DNA of 64,000 nucleotides, from contig CAYHAL010000003.1 of assembly GCA_964354655.1 (NCBI GenBank), positions 3,670 to 67,669 on the forward strand. Direction: 5' to 3'. Under the pieces are notes generated by a model that searched no databases, was not told the origin of the DNA, and saw only the letters and a list, made by a program, of their open reading frames with translations. The DNA comes from an uncultured Dehalococcoidales bacterium. GTDB lineage: Bacteria; Chloroflexota; Dehalococcoidia; Dehalococcoidales; E44-bin46. Positions within the stretch are counted from its first letter, which is position 1, and each line of letters starts with the position of its first letter. The position numbers were made by a program, and so were the translations under genes. Below, piece by piece: positions 18,716 through 27,812 of the stretch.

Positions 18716-19831
18716 GTGATAAGAAACAATAGCTGTTTTTTGATAGAGGAAATATTAGATAAAGCACTCTGCGAGGAGCCTCTAAGCAGGGGGGAGATTC
18801 TTTATCTACTTAGATTAAATAAAGCTGAAGAAGTAAACAAACTTTTTACAGTAGCACAAAGATTAAGACGTCGATACTTTGGTAATAACATTTTTCTTTA
18901 TGGGTTCTTGTACTTCTCCACGTGGTGTCGCAATAACTGCGCTTTCTGCTGTTATCGCGCCTCCAATAGATTATGCCAGCGGTATCGAAAGACTGACCGC
19001 CAAATAATTGAGGTAGCCCTCGACATGGCAGCATCCGGTGTTCACTTGCTCGATTTAACCATGGGGGAGGACCCTTTTTATTACGAAAAAGAGGATGGTT
19101 TTGAACCACTGTTGCATTTGATAAAAGAAGTTAAAAGGGAAACATCTTTACCTATAATGATTTCCTTTGGAGCTATTCCCGACGAAGTTTTAAAGGAACT
19201 ATTTGAGACAGGGGCGGAATGGTATGCTTGCTATCAGGAAACCCATAATGAAAAACTCTTCTATCAGCTTCGGTTGGGCCAGAGTTACAGTGATAGGCTT
19301 AACAAAAAATATAAGGCGGCTAGGTTGGGCCTACTCATAGAGGAGGGGATATTGAGTGGGGTGGGGGAATCATTAGATGATGTAGCTGACTCCATGGAAG
19401 AGATGCGGAAGATGGGGGCTCATCAGGTACGGGTTATGAATTTTATTCCTCAACAGGGAACCCCCATGCAGGATTTCCCACCGCCCCCCAAAATGCGTGA
19501 GCTGCTGATTATTGCTGTTCTGCGTCTACTATTTCCCCGTAGGTTGATACCTGCCTCTCTCGATGTATATGGCATTGATGGGCTCAAGGGAAAGCTAGAA
19601 GCCGGAGCTAATGTAGTGACTTCATTGATTCTTCCCCATTCGGAAATGGTGGGTGTAGCCCAAAGTACTTTGGATATCTGTGAAGGTTATCGAACGGTAA
19701 AAGGAATAACCCCTATACTCAATGAATTGGGATTAACCAAGGCAGAGCTTCATGATTATGTCTCATGGATTGAGAATGAAAGGAAAAGCTATATAAACAC
19801 ATACCGCTTCAGGGAAAAGGTGTTATTGTGA
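18716..19831 (+). CDS. pylB: Radical SAM methylornithine synthase
   Basis: 371 aa with the radical SAM motif CRNNCAFC. It sits between pylSc and pylC. GTG start. Confidence 0.9.
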   Translation: MIRNNSCFLIEEILDKALCEEPLSRGEILYLLRLNKAEEVNKLFTVAQRLRRRYFGNNIFLYGFLYFSTWCRNNCAFCCYRASNRLCQRYRKTDRQIIEVALDMAASGVHLLDLTMGEDPFYYEKEDGFEPLLHLIKEVKRETSLPIMISFGAIPDEVLKELFETGAEWYACYQETHNEKLFYQLRLGQSYSDRLNKKYKAARLGLLIEEGILSGVGESLDDVADSMEEMRKMGAHQVRVMNFIPQQGTPMQDFPPPPKMRELLIIAVLRLLFPRRLIPASLDVYGIDGLKGKLEAGANVVTSLILPHSEMVGVAQSTLDICEGYRTVKGITPILNELGLTKAELHDYVSWIENERKSYINTYRFREKVLL

Positions 19832-21009
19832 GAGTAGCCATTGTTGGGGGGAAACTGCAGGGAGTTGAAGCGGCTTTCCTAGCTCGTGAAGCAGGGTGGG
19901 AAGTAATTCTTATCGATAGGAAACAGAGCCCACCAGCAGCCAGATTATGCCAATCTTTTTATCACTGTGATGTTGTTAGAGATGTTTCATCTTTACCTCG
20001 GTTATTAGAAAAAGTTGATTTGATTATCCCGGCAGTTGAGGATGTTATTGCCCTTAGAGCTTTACAGAAATGTGCTGCCGAGATAAACATCCCTTTAGCT
20101 TATGATGCCAAAGCATATTTTATCAGCCATTCCAAGAAGCGTTCTAACCGCCTATTTGAAAAATTGGGCATTCCCTTGCCCCAAAGTTGGCCCCAGTGTG
20201 GACTGCCACTTATAGTAAAACCATCTGCCTCAAGCGGGAGTCATGGAGTATCCAAGCTATGCACTGAACAGGAACTGGGTGATTTTATTAAACGGGTAGG
20301 TTCAGGGCTGAAACACTGGATTTTACAGGAATATGTGGAGGGTCCGTCCTATTCTATCGAGGTCTTGGGTTTAGTTGGACGTTACGTAGCTCTCCAGGTC
20401 ACCGAGCTCGAGATGGATGGCGACTATGACTGTGAACGGGTTCTCGCCCCTGCCGAAATTCCAGAGTCTTTAGATAGGCAAATTAAAGAAATTGCCCTCA
20501 CTATTGCCAAGAGCCTTCGTTTGAAAGGAATTATGGATGTTGAGGTTATCCTTGACCATGGTGGTGTTCCTAGGGTGTTAGAAATTGATGCCCGACTTCC
20601 AAGTCAGACTCCTACCGCAGTTTATGAGTCCACAGGGATTAATATGTTGGAACTATTAGGGCACATATTTGTCACAGATACGATGCCTGTAATCCCTGAA
20701 ATAAAAGCATTAAGAGGAGTTGTCTACGAGCATATTAAGGTTTCCCAAAATGGTTTAGAATTTCTGGGAGAACATATTATAGGAGAAGTCGATTCCCTTG
20801 AAATTGTCCACGATTTTTTTGGAGCCGACGTAAGTCTGACAAACTTTAATTCATCGTCATTTCCTTGGGTAGCTACGTTGATTACTACCGGAGAAAGCCG
20901 AGAACAAGCGTGGCTTAAACGTCAGCAAGTTATTGAAAATATTAAAAGTTATCTTGGAAGACCCACTCGCTTCCAAAGCCAGCCTGAAGAGATGGTAAAA
21001 ACGGGTTAA
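19828..21009 (+). CDS. pylC: ATP-grasp 3-methylornithine--L-lysine ligase
   Basis: 393-aa ATP-grasp fold protein that overlaps the pylB stop by 4 nt. Its last 6 codons lie inside the pylT-derived repeat. Confidence 0.85.
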   Translation: MRVAIVGGKLQGVEAAFLAREAGWEVILIDRKQSPPAARLCQSFYHCDVVRDVSSLPRLLEKVDLIIPAVEDVIALRALQKCAAEINIPLAYDAKAYFISHSKKRSNRLFEKLGIPLPQSWPQCGLPLIVKPSASSGSHGVSKLCTEQELGDFIKRVGSGLKHWILQEYVEGPSYSIEVLGLVGRYVALQVTELEMDGDYDCERVLAPAEIPESLDRQIKEIALTIAKSLRLKGIMDVEVILDHGGVPRVLEIDARLPSQTPTAVYESTGINMLELLGHIFVTDTMPVIPEIKALRGVVYEHIKVSQNGLEFLGEHIIGEVDSLEIVHDFFGADVSLTNFNSSSFPWVATLITTGESREQAWLKRQQVIENIKSYLGRPTRFQSQPEEMVKTG

Positions 21010-21067
21010 TCGGGAAGATCACGCAGACTCTAAATTTGTGTAGCCGAGTGTAACTCTTGCCCCGCCA
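21003..21067 (+). pseudogene. Degenerate pylT copy (tRNA-Pyl-like; acceptor and T stems disrupted)
   Basis: The sequence is GGGTTAATCGGGAAGATCACGCAGACTCTAAATTTGTGTAGCCGAGTGTAACTCTTGCCCCGCCA. The D arm, the 6-bp anticodon stem, the CUA anticodon loop and the T loop are all retained. The 5' acceptor is shortened (GGG versus GGGGGG), and 4 nt are missing from the 3' T-stem/acceptor region relative to 29854..29925. Confidence 0.55.
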
Positions 21068-21071
21068 TGAC

Positions 21072-21099
21072 TTGACTAGAATAACAGGGGAGGTATAAT
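21072..21099 (+). promoter_or_regulatory. Candidate sigma70-type promoter for the mtbC-mtbB pair
   Basis: TTGACT (21072-21077), 16-nt spacer, TATAAT (21094-21099). Confidence 0.5.
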
Positions 21100-21266
21100 A
21101 ATTTAATAATTGGATAAGAGACAAGGGAAGATTCAGTGTGGTAGGTGGGTTGCGTTTAACACTGGGCTGATGAGTTGATTTCAAAGTAGTGAAAGGGGGT
21201 TAAAATGTTTTAATACGTGAGTGTTGTTACCAGCAGGCATTTTATCCAATAAAGGAGGTCGATACT

Positions 21267-21920
21267 ATGGGAAAAGAGCAACAAGAATTATTAAAAGAGG
21301 CAAAAAATTCAATTATTAATTTCGATGTAGATAAGGCTAAGGAAACAGCCAAGAAAGGCTTGGCGCTTGGGATTACGCCGGCTGTAATAATAAGTGAGGG
21401 ATTTGTTCCTGGGATAACTGAGGTCGGTGATCTTTTTGATAGGGGACAATTATTCTTGCCGGAGTTGATATTGGCGGCCGAAGCCATGAAAGCCGGAACA
21501 ACTATATGTGAGGCTGCACTCCCCAAAAGTGAACTTAAGGCGAAGAAGAAGGTTGTAATAGGGACTGTAGAAGGAGATATTCACGACATTGGAAAATCAA
21601 TTGTCGTATCCTTCTTAATGGCCAACGGCTTTGAAGTCTATGATATAGGTAGAGATGCCCCAATTGAGAATTTTATTAATAAGGCTCGTGAGGTAAACGC
21701 AGATGTGATTGGAAGCAGTGCTTTATTGACGACAACTATGGAGGGGCAGAAGAAGATAGAGGAGGAGCTAAGGGAAGCCGGGTTGCGAGATAAAGTCAAG
21801 ACAATTGTGGGTGGAGCGCCGTGCAGCCAGGGATGGGCTGATCGGATAGGAGCCGATGCCTATGCTGAAAATGCTGTGGATGCAGTAATAAAGATAAAAG
21901 AATTAACCGGTTTAAGTTAA
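21267..21920 (+). CDS. mtbC: Methylamine-specific corrinoid protein (B12-binding, MtbC/MttC family)
   Basis: 217 aa with the B12-binding motif GDIHDIGK (DxHxxG) and ...GGAP. It lies directly upstream of mtbB and is a close paralogue of 32716..33366. Confidence 0.85.
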   Translation: MGKEQQELLKEAKNSIINFDVDKAKETAKKGLALGITPAVIISEGFVPGITEVGDLFDRGQLFLPELILAAEAMKAGTTICEAALPKSELKAKKKVVIGTVEGDIHDIGKSIVVSFLMANGFEVYDIGRDAPIENFINKAREVNADVIGSSALLTTTMEGQKKIEEELREAGLRDKVKTIVGGAPCSQGWADRIGADAYAENAVDAVIKIKELTGLS

Positions 21921-21944
21921 AAATATGTAGAAAGGAGGTGATTG

Positions 21945-23363
21945 ATGATGGCAAAGACGCTACAGCGCATGGGAGATGGTCGTATGGTGGAGATGACCGA
22001 GGCTGAGGTGAGGAAAGACATAGAAGAGGGGACTAAAGATGCTGCTAGCAGAGCCAAGGTTCCCCCGCTTTCTGAAGATGAGATAAAGCATATATTGGAT
22101 ATTTACACTCGGCCAGAAAGGGTTGTCAGCGTAGAGCCGGGGAACGAAGTTGTTCTATCCCATGATGAGGGTACCGTTAAAATAAATGCTGGTGTGTGTG
22201 GTGGAGCCGGATTAGGGATAGATTGCGGCAGGACGGTTGCCTCTGAGCTTTACGAGAGGGCGCTAGGTGCTGATATTATAGAATACGGCCATATTGACTA
22301 CAGCTTTAAGCCAATAAGGCCTATTTTGGCTGATGAGCGAATATTGGTGGAGCGAGCCTTATTGGTTACTACTGCCCCCTTCCTTTACGGGGCGATGCCC
22401 AACTTAGGCTTATATACTCAACCTGAAGGGCCCTTCCCCAATCCAACAGAACTGTTAAACAAGGGCCTTATAAAAGAAGCCAGGGAAAGCGGTGAAAGGA
22501 TGGTCGAGCAGGCGACTAACGATATGGTTTATATAGCCAGTGGTATCTATGAAGCTGGAGCCGATGCAATCAACTTTGATACTACAGGAGCGTTTGGAGA
22601 TCTAGACTTTGCCGCCGCTTTGACAGCAACTGAGCGCCTTAAGAAAAAGTATCCTGATATGTGTATAGAGATGGGGATGGCAGGGGAGTTTGTTCTAGGA
22701 ATACACGGAACGATAACCTATGATGGGGTGCGTTTGGCAGGTTTATACCCTCATCAACAGGTTAAATTAGCCGAGAAAGCTGGGGTTACTATTTTCGGAC
22801 CGGTGTGCAATATCGTCACTTCTAGGTCGTGTGCCTGGAATATAGCCCGTGTCATTACCTTCACCAAAGCCTGTGCTAAAGCTTCAAAGATACCAATCCA
22901 CAATAATATGGGAATGGGGGTTGGTGGCATTCCCTTGAATGATACCCCACCGGTAGATGCTGTAACCAGGGCGTCAAAAGCAGCTGTGGAAATCTGCCAG
23001 TTAGATGGGGTGTAGGTAGGCATTGGAGACATTCATGGCATGCTCGAAGCTCACGCCATGGCCTCAGGTATGGGTGGAATGCGTACCGCCGGAGATCTGG
23101 TGGCACGTATGGAAATGGCCAGAGGCATGAGAATTAAAGAAGCGAAAGAGTATGTCGCCAGCAAATTGAAGGTCTCGTTGAGGGAGCTCTCTGACCCGAT
23201 AGTCATGGGTGAGGTGAGAGATGAGCTTAAGCTAGGCCTCATTGCCCAGATGCCTAATCGTCCTAAGGGGATAGAGGCCAAGTTCCGTATTGCTGAACTA
23301 TTAGGAATCGAAATTAACTCGGTGAATAGATTCAAAGAAAAAGCCGGGCTTCCTGTTCGTTAA
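21945..23363 (+). CDS. mtbB: Dimethylamine:corrinoid methyltransferase with an in-frame UAG (pyrrolysine) codon at 23013-23015
   Basis: Track ORFs 21942..23015 and 23040..23363 share one frame and are separated by only a TAG. The joined product is about 472 aa and matches my recollection of Methanosarcina MtbB throughout (GHIDYSFKP, LYGAMPNLGLY, GMGVGGIP, DAVTRASKA, then TAG, then MRTAGDLVARME...KEAKEYVA). Confidence 0.88.
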
Positions 23364-23388
23364 ACCGAATAACTAATAGTGGGGGTGG

Positions 23389-23427
23389 AAAAAGACATCC
23401 ACCACCCCATATGGGGTGGTGGATGTC
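23389..23427. terminator. Perfect 15-bp hairpin between convergent mtbB and mtmB (terminator, T-tract on the - strand side)
   Basis: GACATCCACCACCCC (23394-23408), loop ATAT, GGGGTGGTGGATGTC (23413-23427). GGAAAAA precedes it, giving a U-tract for the minus-strand transcript. Confidence 0.7.
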
Positions 23428-23446
23428 TAGTGAGTTAAGCAACCTT

Positions 23447-24847
23447 TTACAGCTTAAACTCGAACCCAATTTTCTCCATGGTTTTCATTGCCTGCCCCAG
23501 CACTTGTAGATGCTCATCGGTGGGCTTCAGAGTGATAACGTTGTAGCACTCCTGGAAGGTCTTTCCTAAGGGTGCCGTGTTGAAGTTCCTCTTTGGCCCT
23601 GTCCCCTCGTAGTGGGTCACCAGCTTATCAAGTAAGTAGTTCACCTTTTCTGTCTCCATGCCGGCTACAGCTCGGGCGGCATAAGCCATCATGCGTGCTT
23701 CTATTGGGGTGGTGTAGTCTAGTCTCGTGCCTTTGGCCGAGGCGCAACCGCTCATAATCTCACGACCGCTAGCAGTATCGGTAATAGCCTGCCCAGCCGC
23801 CTCCAGCAAGCACATCTCAGTGCATGGTCCAGCGGCAGTATAATACTGGTTACCGGTGATAAAGTGTGAGTGGCGCTCAATAGCCATATTGGCATGCCCA
23901 GCGATCAACAACGTCTCCCTAGCCGTTGTGATTCCCCAGCGCACATGAGTTGGTCCATCCAGATGCCAGTCTGCTCCCACCAGTACGGGAGAGTTTAGAT
24001 GAGTGGCGGTGCAAACGATGGTGGTCTCTTCGAGCCCTCCGGCCCAGCCTCCCATGATAGGCATCTGCTCACACATAACAATATCGCCGTTCATCCTGTA
24101 ATGAGCAACAAAGGTAAGCGCCTCGAGATCAATCTTGAGCTCGCATAGCTGACTTACCTCATGATTATCACATGGTCTCATTCCTTCAGGAAAATCGGCA
24201 GCGATAACTCCCGCCGTGGTAAGCGGAGTCTCAGGGCCCTAGAAGCCCATCCCGGGGCGACCAGCTCGCCGTACTGCTTCACGAAGCGCCATTGCTTCTG
24301 CTTTAGCCGCCAAAATATCCCATGGGGTATTGGATGCCAAGGGGTGTCCATAGATAGTATTCCAAACCCCGTTGACGATGCAGTCTACCAAGGGCTCCCT
24401 GGCGAATGCTTCATGCGTCTCAATAAAGATATCCTCACTGACTGGGGCTCCAGTCGGCCCACCTTGGCACAGGGGTGGGCAGGGGTCATCAAAACTTCGG
24501 CCAGTCACACGCCGGGCATCCCGTCCCTCACCGATGACGATCTCACGAGGGACACCAGCCATAGTGTTCAGTATCTCCTCTTCGGTGTACTTGATGACAC
24601 GGCCGGTATCGATGCATAAAGTCCCACAGGTGACCAGCATCTCAAGGCCGGCCTGGAATAGGCGGTCTATCATATCCATATCAGTGGGGATAATCTTGGT
24701 CTTGTCGAACTTAAGATTATACTTTTCCTTTAATTTCCTTGCTGTTTCGGGGATGATTTTTCGATCCCATTCCGCCTCATCTACTTTGGGACCGGTAAGT
24801 GCCCGATCATAACTCTCGAACACATCACCCCTCTCTTTAACTACCAT
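23447..24847 (-). CDS. mtmB: Monomethylamine:corrinoid methyltransferase with an in-frame UAG (pyrrolysine) codon at 24241-24239
   Basis: Track ORFs 24239..24847 (202 aa) and 23447..24181 are in frame, and only a TAG interrupts them. The context is GRPGMG-TAG-GPET. Downstream segments NHEVSQLCELKIDL, WHLDGP, AAGPCTEMCLLEA, ITDTASGREI and GKTFQECY match remembered MtmB. Confidence 0.88.
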
Positions 24848-24962
24848 TTTCGCCTCCTTTATTTTGATTAAATCTTAGTTCATCACAGCTAAAAACTAAC
24901 CTGATATACCACCTCCTTTCTCTTAATTTGACAACACTATCTCACCGTATAAAGTTATAGTA

Positions 24963-24991
24963 TATTAAGTTAAGTATCATCGGCTTGTCAA
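24963..24991 (-). promoter_or_regulatory. Candidate promoter for mtmB
   Basis: On the minus strand: TTGACA (24991-24986), 17-nt spacer, TTAATA (24968-24963). Confidence 0.3.
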
Positions 24992-25149
24992 ATAAATGTT
25001 ATGGCTCATTAATCTTTGGTGATAACTTCTGGAGGCGATAGAGCTATTGAGGCGGCAAGAACCGTAAGTATTCCATAGAGGAGGAGATAAGGAAGGATAG
25101 TATTGGACGGGCATTGGAATTATACTTGATTGGACTATCAAAATGGCTA

Positions 25150-25857
25150 TTAGCCACCTAAATAGGCTTTCTTCACCTGTTCGTTTTCACGTAAGTCTTT
25201 GGCATCGCCCTTTAAGACAATGCTACCTGTCTCTAAGACATAGGCCTTTCGAGCCAGACTGAGAGCGAGGCGGGCATTCTGCTCCACTAAAACAATAGTT
25301 TTGCCCCCTTGGCTAATATCCTTTATGATTTTGGCGATCTCCATGACTAATATAGGCGACAAGCCCAGCGAGGGTTCATCCAAAAGGAGCAATTTAGGAT
25401 TGGACATCAGGCCACGCCCCATAGCCAGCATCTGCTGCTCACCACCGCTTAAGGTGCCGGCATATTGCTTCTGCCTTTCCTTTAGAACAGGAAAATGCCT
25501 AAAAACTTCTTCCAGGTCTCGGTTTACCCCGTCTTTATCTTCCCGCAGAAAGGCCCCCATGTAGAGGTTCTCCATCACCGTCATTTGGGGGAAGACCCTT
25601 CTTCCTTCGGGAACCTGAGCAATCCCCAGCTTATTGATTTTTTCGGGTGCTAATCTATCTATTCTCTGGCCTTCAAACCAGATTTCCCCCGAGGTGGGGT
25701 GCTTTAAGCCGGAGATAGCCCTCAAGGTGGTGGTTTTGCCTGCCCCATTGGAACCGATAAGGGTAACAATACTACCCTCTTCCACCTCCATGGAGACATC
25801 CCTAACGGCGGCTACCTTGTGATAATAAACCGTAACGTCCTTTACATTAAGCAACAC
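25150..25857 (-). CDS. livF: Liv-type ABC ATP-binding protein (LivF family), the only livF in the window
   Basis: Walker A GSNGAGKTT, signature LSGGEQQM, Walker B LLLLDEP. GTG start. It is preceded in frame by a 12-codon relic of a LivG C-terminus (EDAIEVYLGAEE, 25858-25893). Confidence 0.85.
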   Translation of the reverse strand: MLLNVKDVTVYYHKVAAVRDVSMEVEEGSIVTLIGSNGAGKTTTLRAISGLKHPTSGEIWFEGQRIDRLAPEKINKLGIAQVPEGRRVFPQMTVMENLYMGAFLREDKDGVNRDLEEVFRHFPVLKERQKQYAGTLSGGEQQMLAMGRGLMSNPKLLLLDEPSLGLSPILVMEIAKIIKDISQGGKTIVLVEQNARLALSLARKAYVLETGSIVLKGDAKDLRENEQVKKAYLGG

Positions 25858-25967
25858 TTCTTCTGCTCCTAAGTAGACTTCGATAGCATCTTCTCATTGA
25901 TGCCACTTTAGTAGTTAGGATACTACAAAATTATCTTCTTGTCAATATAGCCGAAGGAGGAACGAGG

Positions 25968-27800
25968 TTACTCCAAATGGGGATGCCTAGGGAAGTGCAT
26001 ACTCTCTATGAAGACCCGGCTGAAGTCCTTTAGATAGGAAAGCTCGAAGTATTCCACCTGCTCCGTCAGTCTTTGAATCTCTTCCCACTTCCCTCGATTT
26101 AGAAGGCAGAGCTTCGCTCCCTGTCCCGCCGTATTACCCACTGGCTTAATCTTGTTTAAGGGGAACTCGGGTAGCATTCCGATCCGAAGGACACTCTCCT
26201 TACTGACATAATTTCCAAAAGCCCCTGCCAAGTAGACCTTCTCCACCTCATTCAGGGTCACTCCCAACTCCCGCAACGCGATCTCTACCCCTGAGCGAAT
26301 AGCTCCCTTGGCCAACTGTAGCTCTCTCACATCCTGCTGGGTCAGGTAAATGGGTTTACTCCCATCACTCACCAGGAACTGAAGTTGGCCTTTCTCCCCC
26401 CGATGGATGCGATCACTGATGGGGAGGTTCGTCCGTTTCCCAAAGTTTCCCTTCTCATTGATTAACCCTACTTTGCAGAGCTCCCCCCCCAAGTCTATCA
26501 GTCCCGAACCACAGATCCCTTTTGGGACCCCATCCCCAATTATTTCCAGCCTTAAATCCTTGTCGTCTAGGAAAACGTGAGCCACTGCTCCAGGAAAAGC
26601 ACCCATTCCATACTTGATCCGTGCCCCCTCAAATGCTGGCCCCGCTGGTGTGGAGCATGCCAGTAAACGGTCTTTGTTTCCTAAAACAATTTCAGCGTTA
26701 GTTCCTATATCCACAAAGAGCTGGATACCTTTAGCTTGGTGAAGCCTGGTATAGAGAATACCGGCTGTGATGTCTGCTCCCACATAGCCTGAGATGCTGG
26801 GTAGGATGTGCACTTGCCCTTCTGGGTTCATGTCCAAGCCCAGCTCTAGCGCTGGCAGTATTAAGTTATCCCTCAGCACCGGGATGAAGGGGCTATGGTC
26901 AATGTTGGAGGGGTCTATGCCCGTGAAGAGGTGAATCATAGTGGGGTTCCCTGCCACAGTGGCTTTGTAGATATGGACAGGGCTCACCCTAGCTGCTTGA
27001 CACAACTGCTTAATCACCATGTTGATCCCTGAAGTTACCGCCATTTGCAGCTCCCTTAAACCCTCTTCTCCCTGCTCATGGACTTTTTTGATTCGACTGA
27101 TGACATCGTCCCCAAAGCTTCGCTGGGGGTTCATCCGGGAACGTACTGCAAGCTCCACACCTGTGTTTAGGCTTAAGAGATAGCCAGCTAGGGTTGTCGT
27201 CCCAATGTCTATAGCCACACCATACTGGGCTTCGGTTGTGTCCCCTGGTTCCAGGTCTAATACATGGTTTGCTGCCCAGGTTACCGTAAATTTAAAATCC
27301 CCTTCCCTAAGGAGGTTTGGGGCTTTCCTCAGAACTTGTAGGGGGAAAGTCAGTTGACCTTCCCCGAGTTCTTCTTGGAAACGAACGGTATCCGGGCGTT
27401 GGTCCTCTTGGCTTGGCGTGGGAAGCTCTAAATAAGCCTTTTTAACTCCGCTGTCCAAGGGGATACGAAGTACCTTGTTTAGTAGTTCCTTGGCGCGGAC
27501 AAGCTCTTCTACTTCAGGAATCTCCAGAACCAAATCCCGGTCAATATGCTGGATACAGGAAAGACGCCAGCCGGCTTCAAGCTCTGCCTCTGTCAGGTGC
27601 ACTCGCTCTGATTCAGCAGGCGCTCTAGCCCCCTTTGTGAAGAGGGCTCGACACTTCCCGCAGGTTCCCATCCCTCCACAAGCACTTGGCACGGAATAAC
27701 CCTGCCTGACAAGAAAGTGGAAAAGGTTCTCCCCTTCTTTAGCTTTTAACCTTTTCTTCTGGGGAAGGATGACGATGTTATATGTCTTTTCCTTCATCAT
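25968..27800 (-). CDS. RamA-like reductive activase of corrinoid enzymes (N-terminal 2Fe-2S ferredoxin + ASKHA/DUF4445 domain)
   Basis: 610 aa. The N-terminus has the plant-type ferredoxin motif CGGMGTCGKCR...C, followed by a long ASKHA-like region (DIGTTT, DIGTNAE). Confidence 0.75.
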   Translation of the reverse strand: MMKEKTYNIVILPQKKRLKAKEGENLFHFLVRQGYSVPSACGGMGTCGKCRALFTKGARAPAESERVHLTEAELEAGWRLSCIQHIDRDLVLEIPEVEELVRAKELLNKVLRIPLDSGVKKAYLELPTPSQEDQRPDTVRFQEELGEGQLTFPLQVLRKAPNLLREGDFKFTVTWAANHVLDLEPGDTTEAQYGVAIDIGTTTLAGYLLSLNTGVELAVRSRMNPQRSFGDDVISRIKKVHEQGEEGLRELQMAVTSGINMVIKQLCQAARVSPVHIYKATVAGNPTMIHLFTGIDPSNIDHSPFIPVLRDNLILPALELGLDMNPEGQVHILPSISGYVGADITAGILYTRLHQAKGIQLFVDIGTNAEIVLGNKDRLLACSTPAGPAFEGARIKYGMGAFPGAVAHVFLDDKDLRLEIIGDGVPKGICGSGLIDLGGELCKVGLINEKGNFGKRTNLPISDRIHRGEKGQLQFLVSDGSKPIYLTQQDVRELQLAKGAIRSGVEIALRELGVTLNEVEKVYLAGAFGNYVSKESVLRIGMLPEFPLNKIKPVGNTAGQGAKLCLLNRGKWEEIQRLTEQVEYFELSYLKDFSRVFIESMHFPRHPHLE

Positions 27801-27812
27801 TTGTTGGGTGGC

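Noticed and set aside
24170-24238. Stem-loop just downstream of the mtmB UAG (minus strand: ACTCCGC...GCGG(G)AGT, starting 10 nt after TAG), possibly a PYLIS-like element. A CATGGC/GCCATG hairpin also follows the mtbB UAG.
   Set aside because: The stems are short and imperfect and could arise by chance. PYLIS is not considered essential for Pyl insertion, and I cannot evaluate folding energy or conservation without tools.
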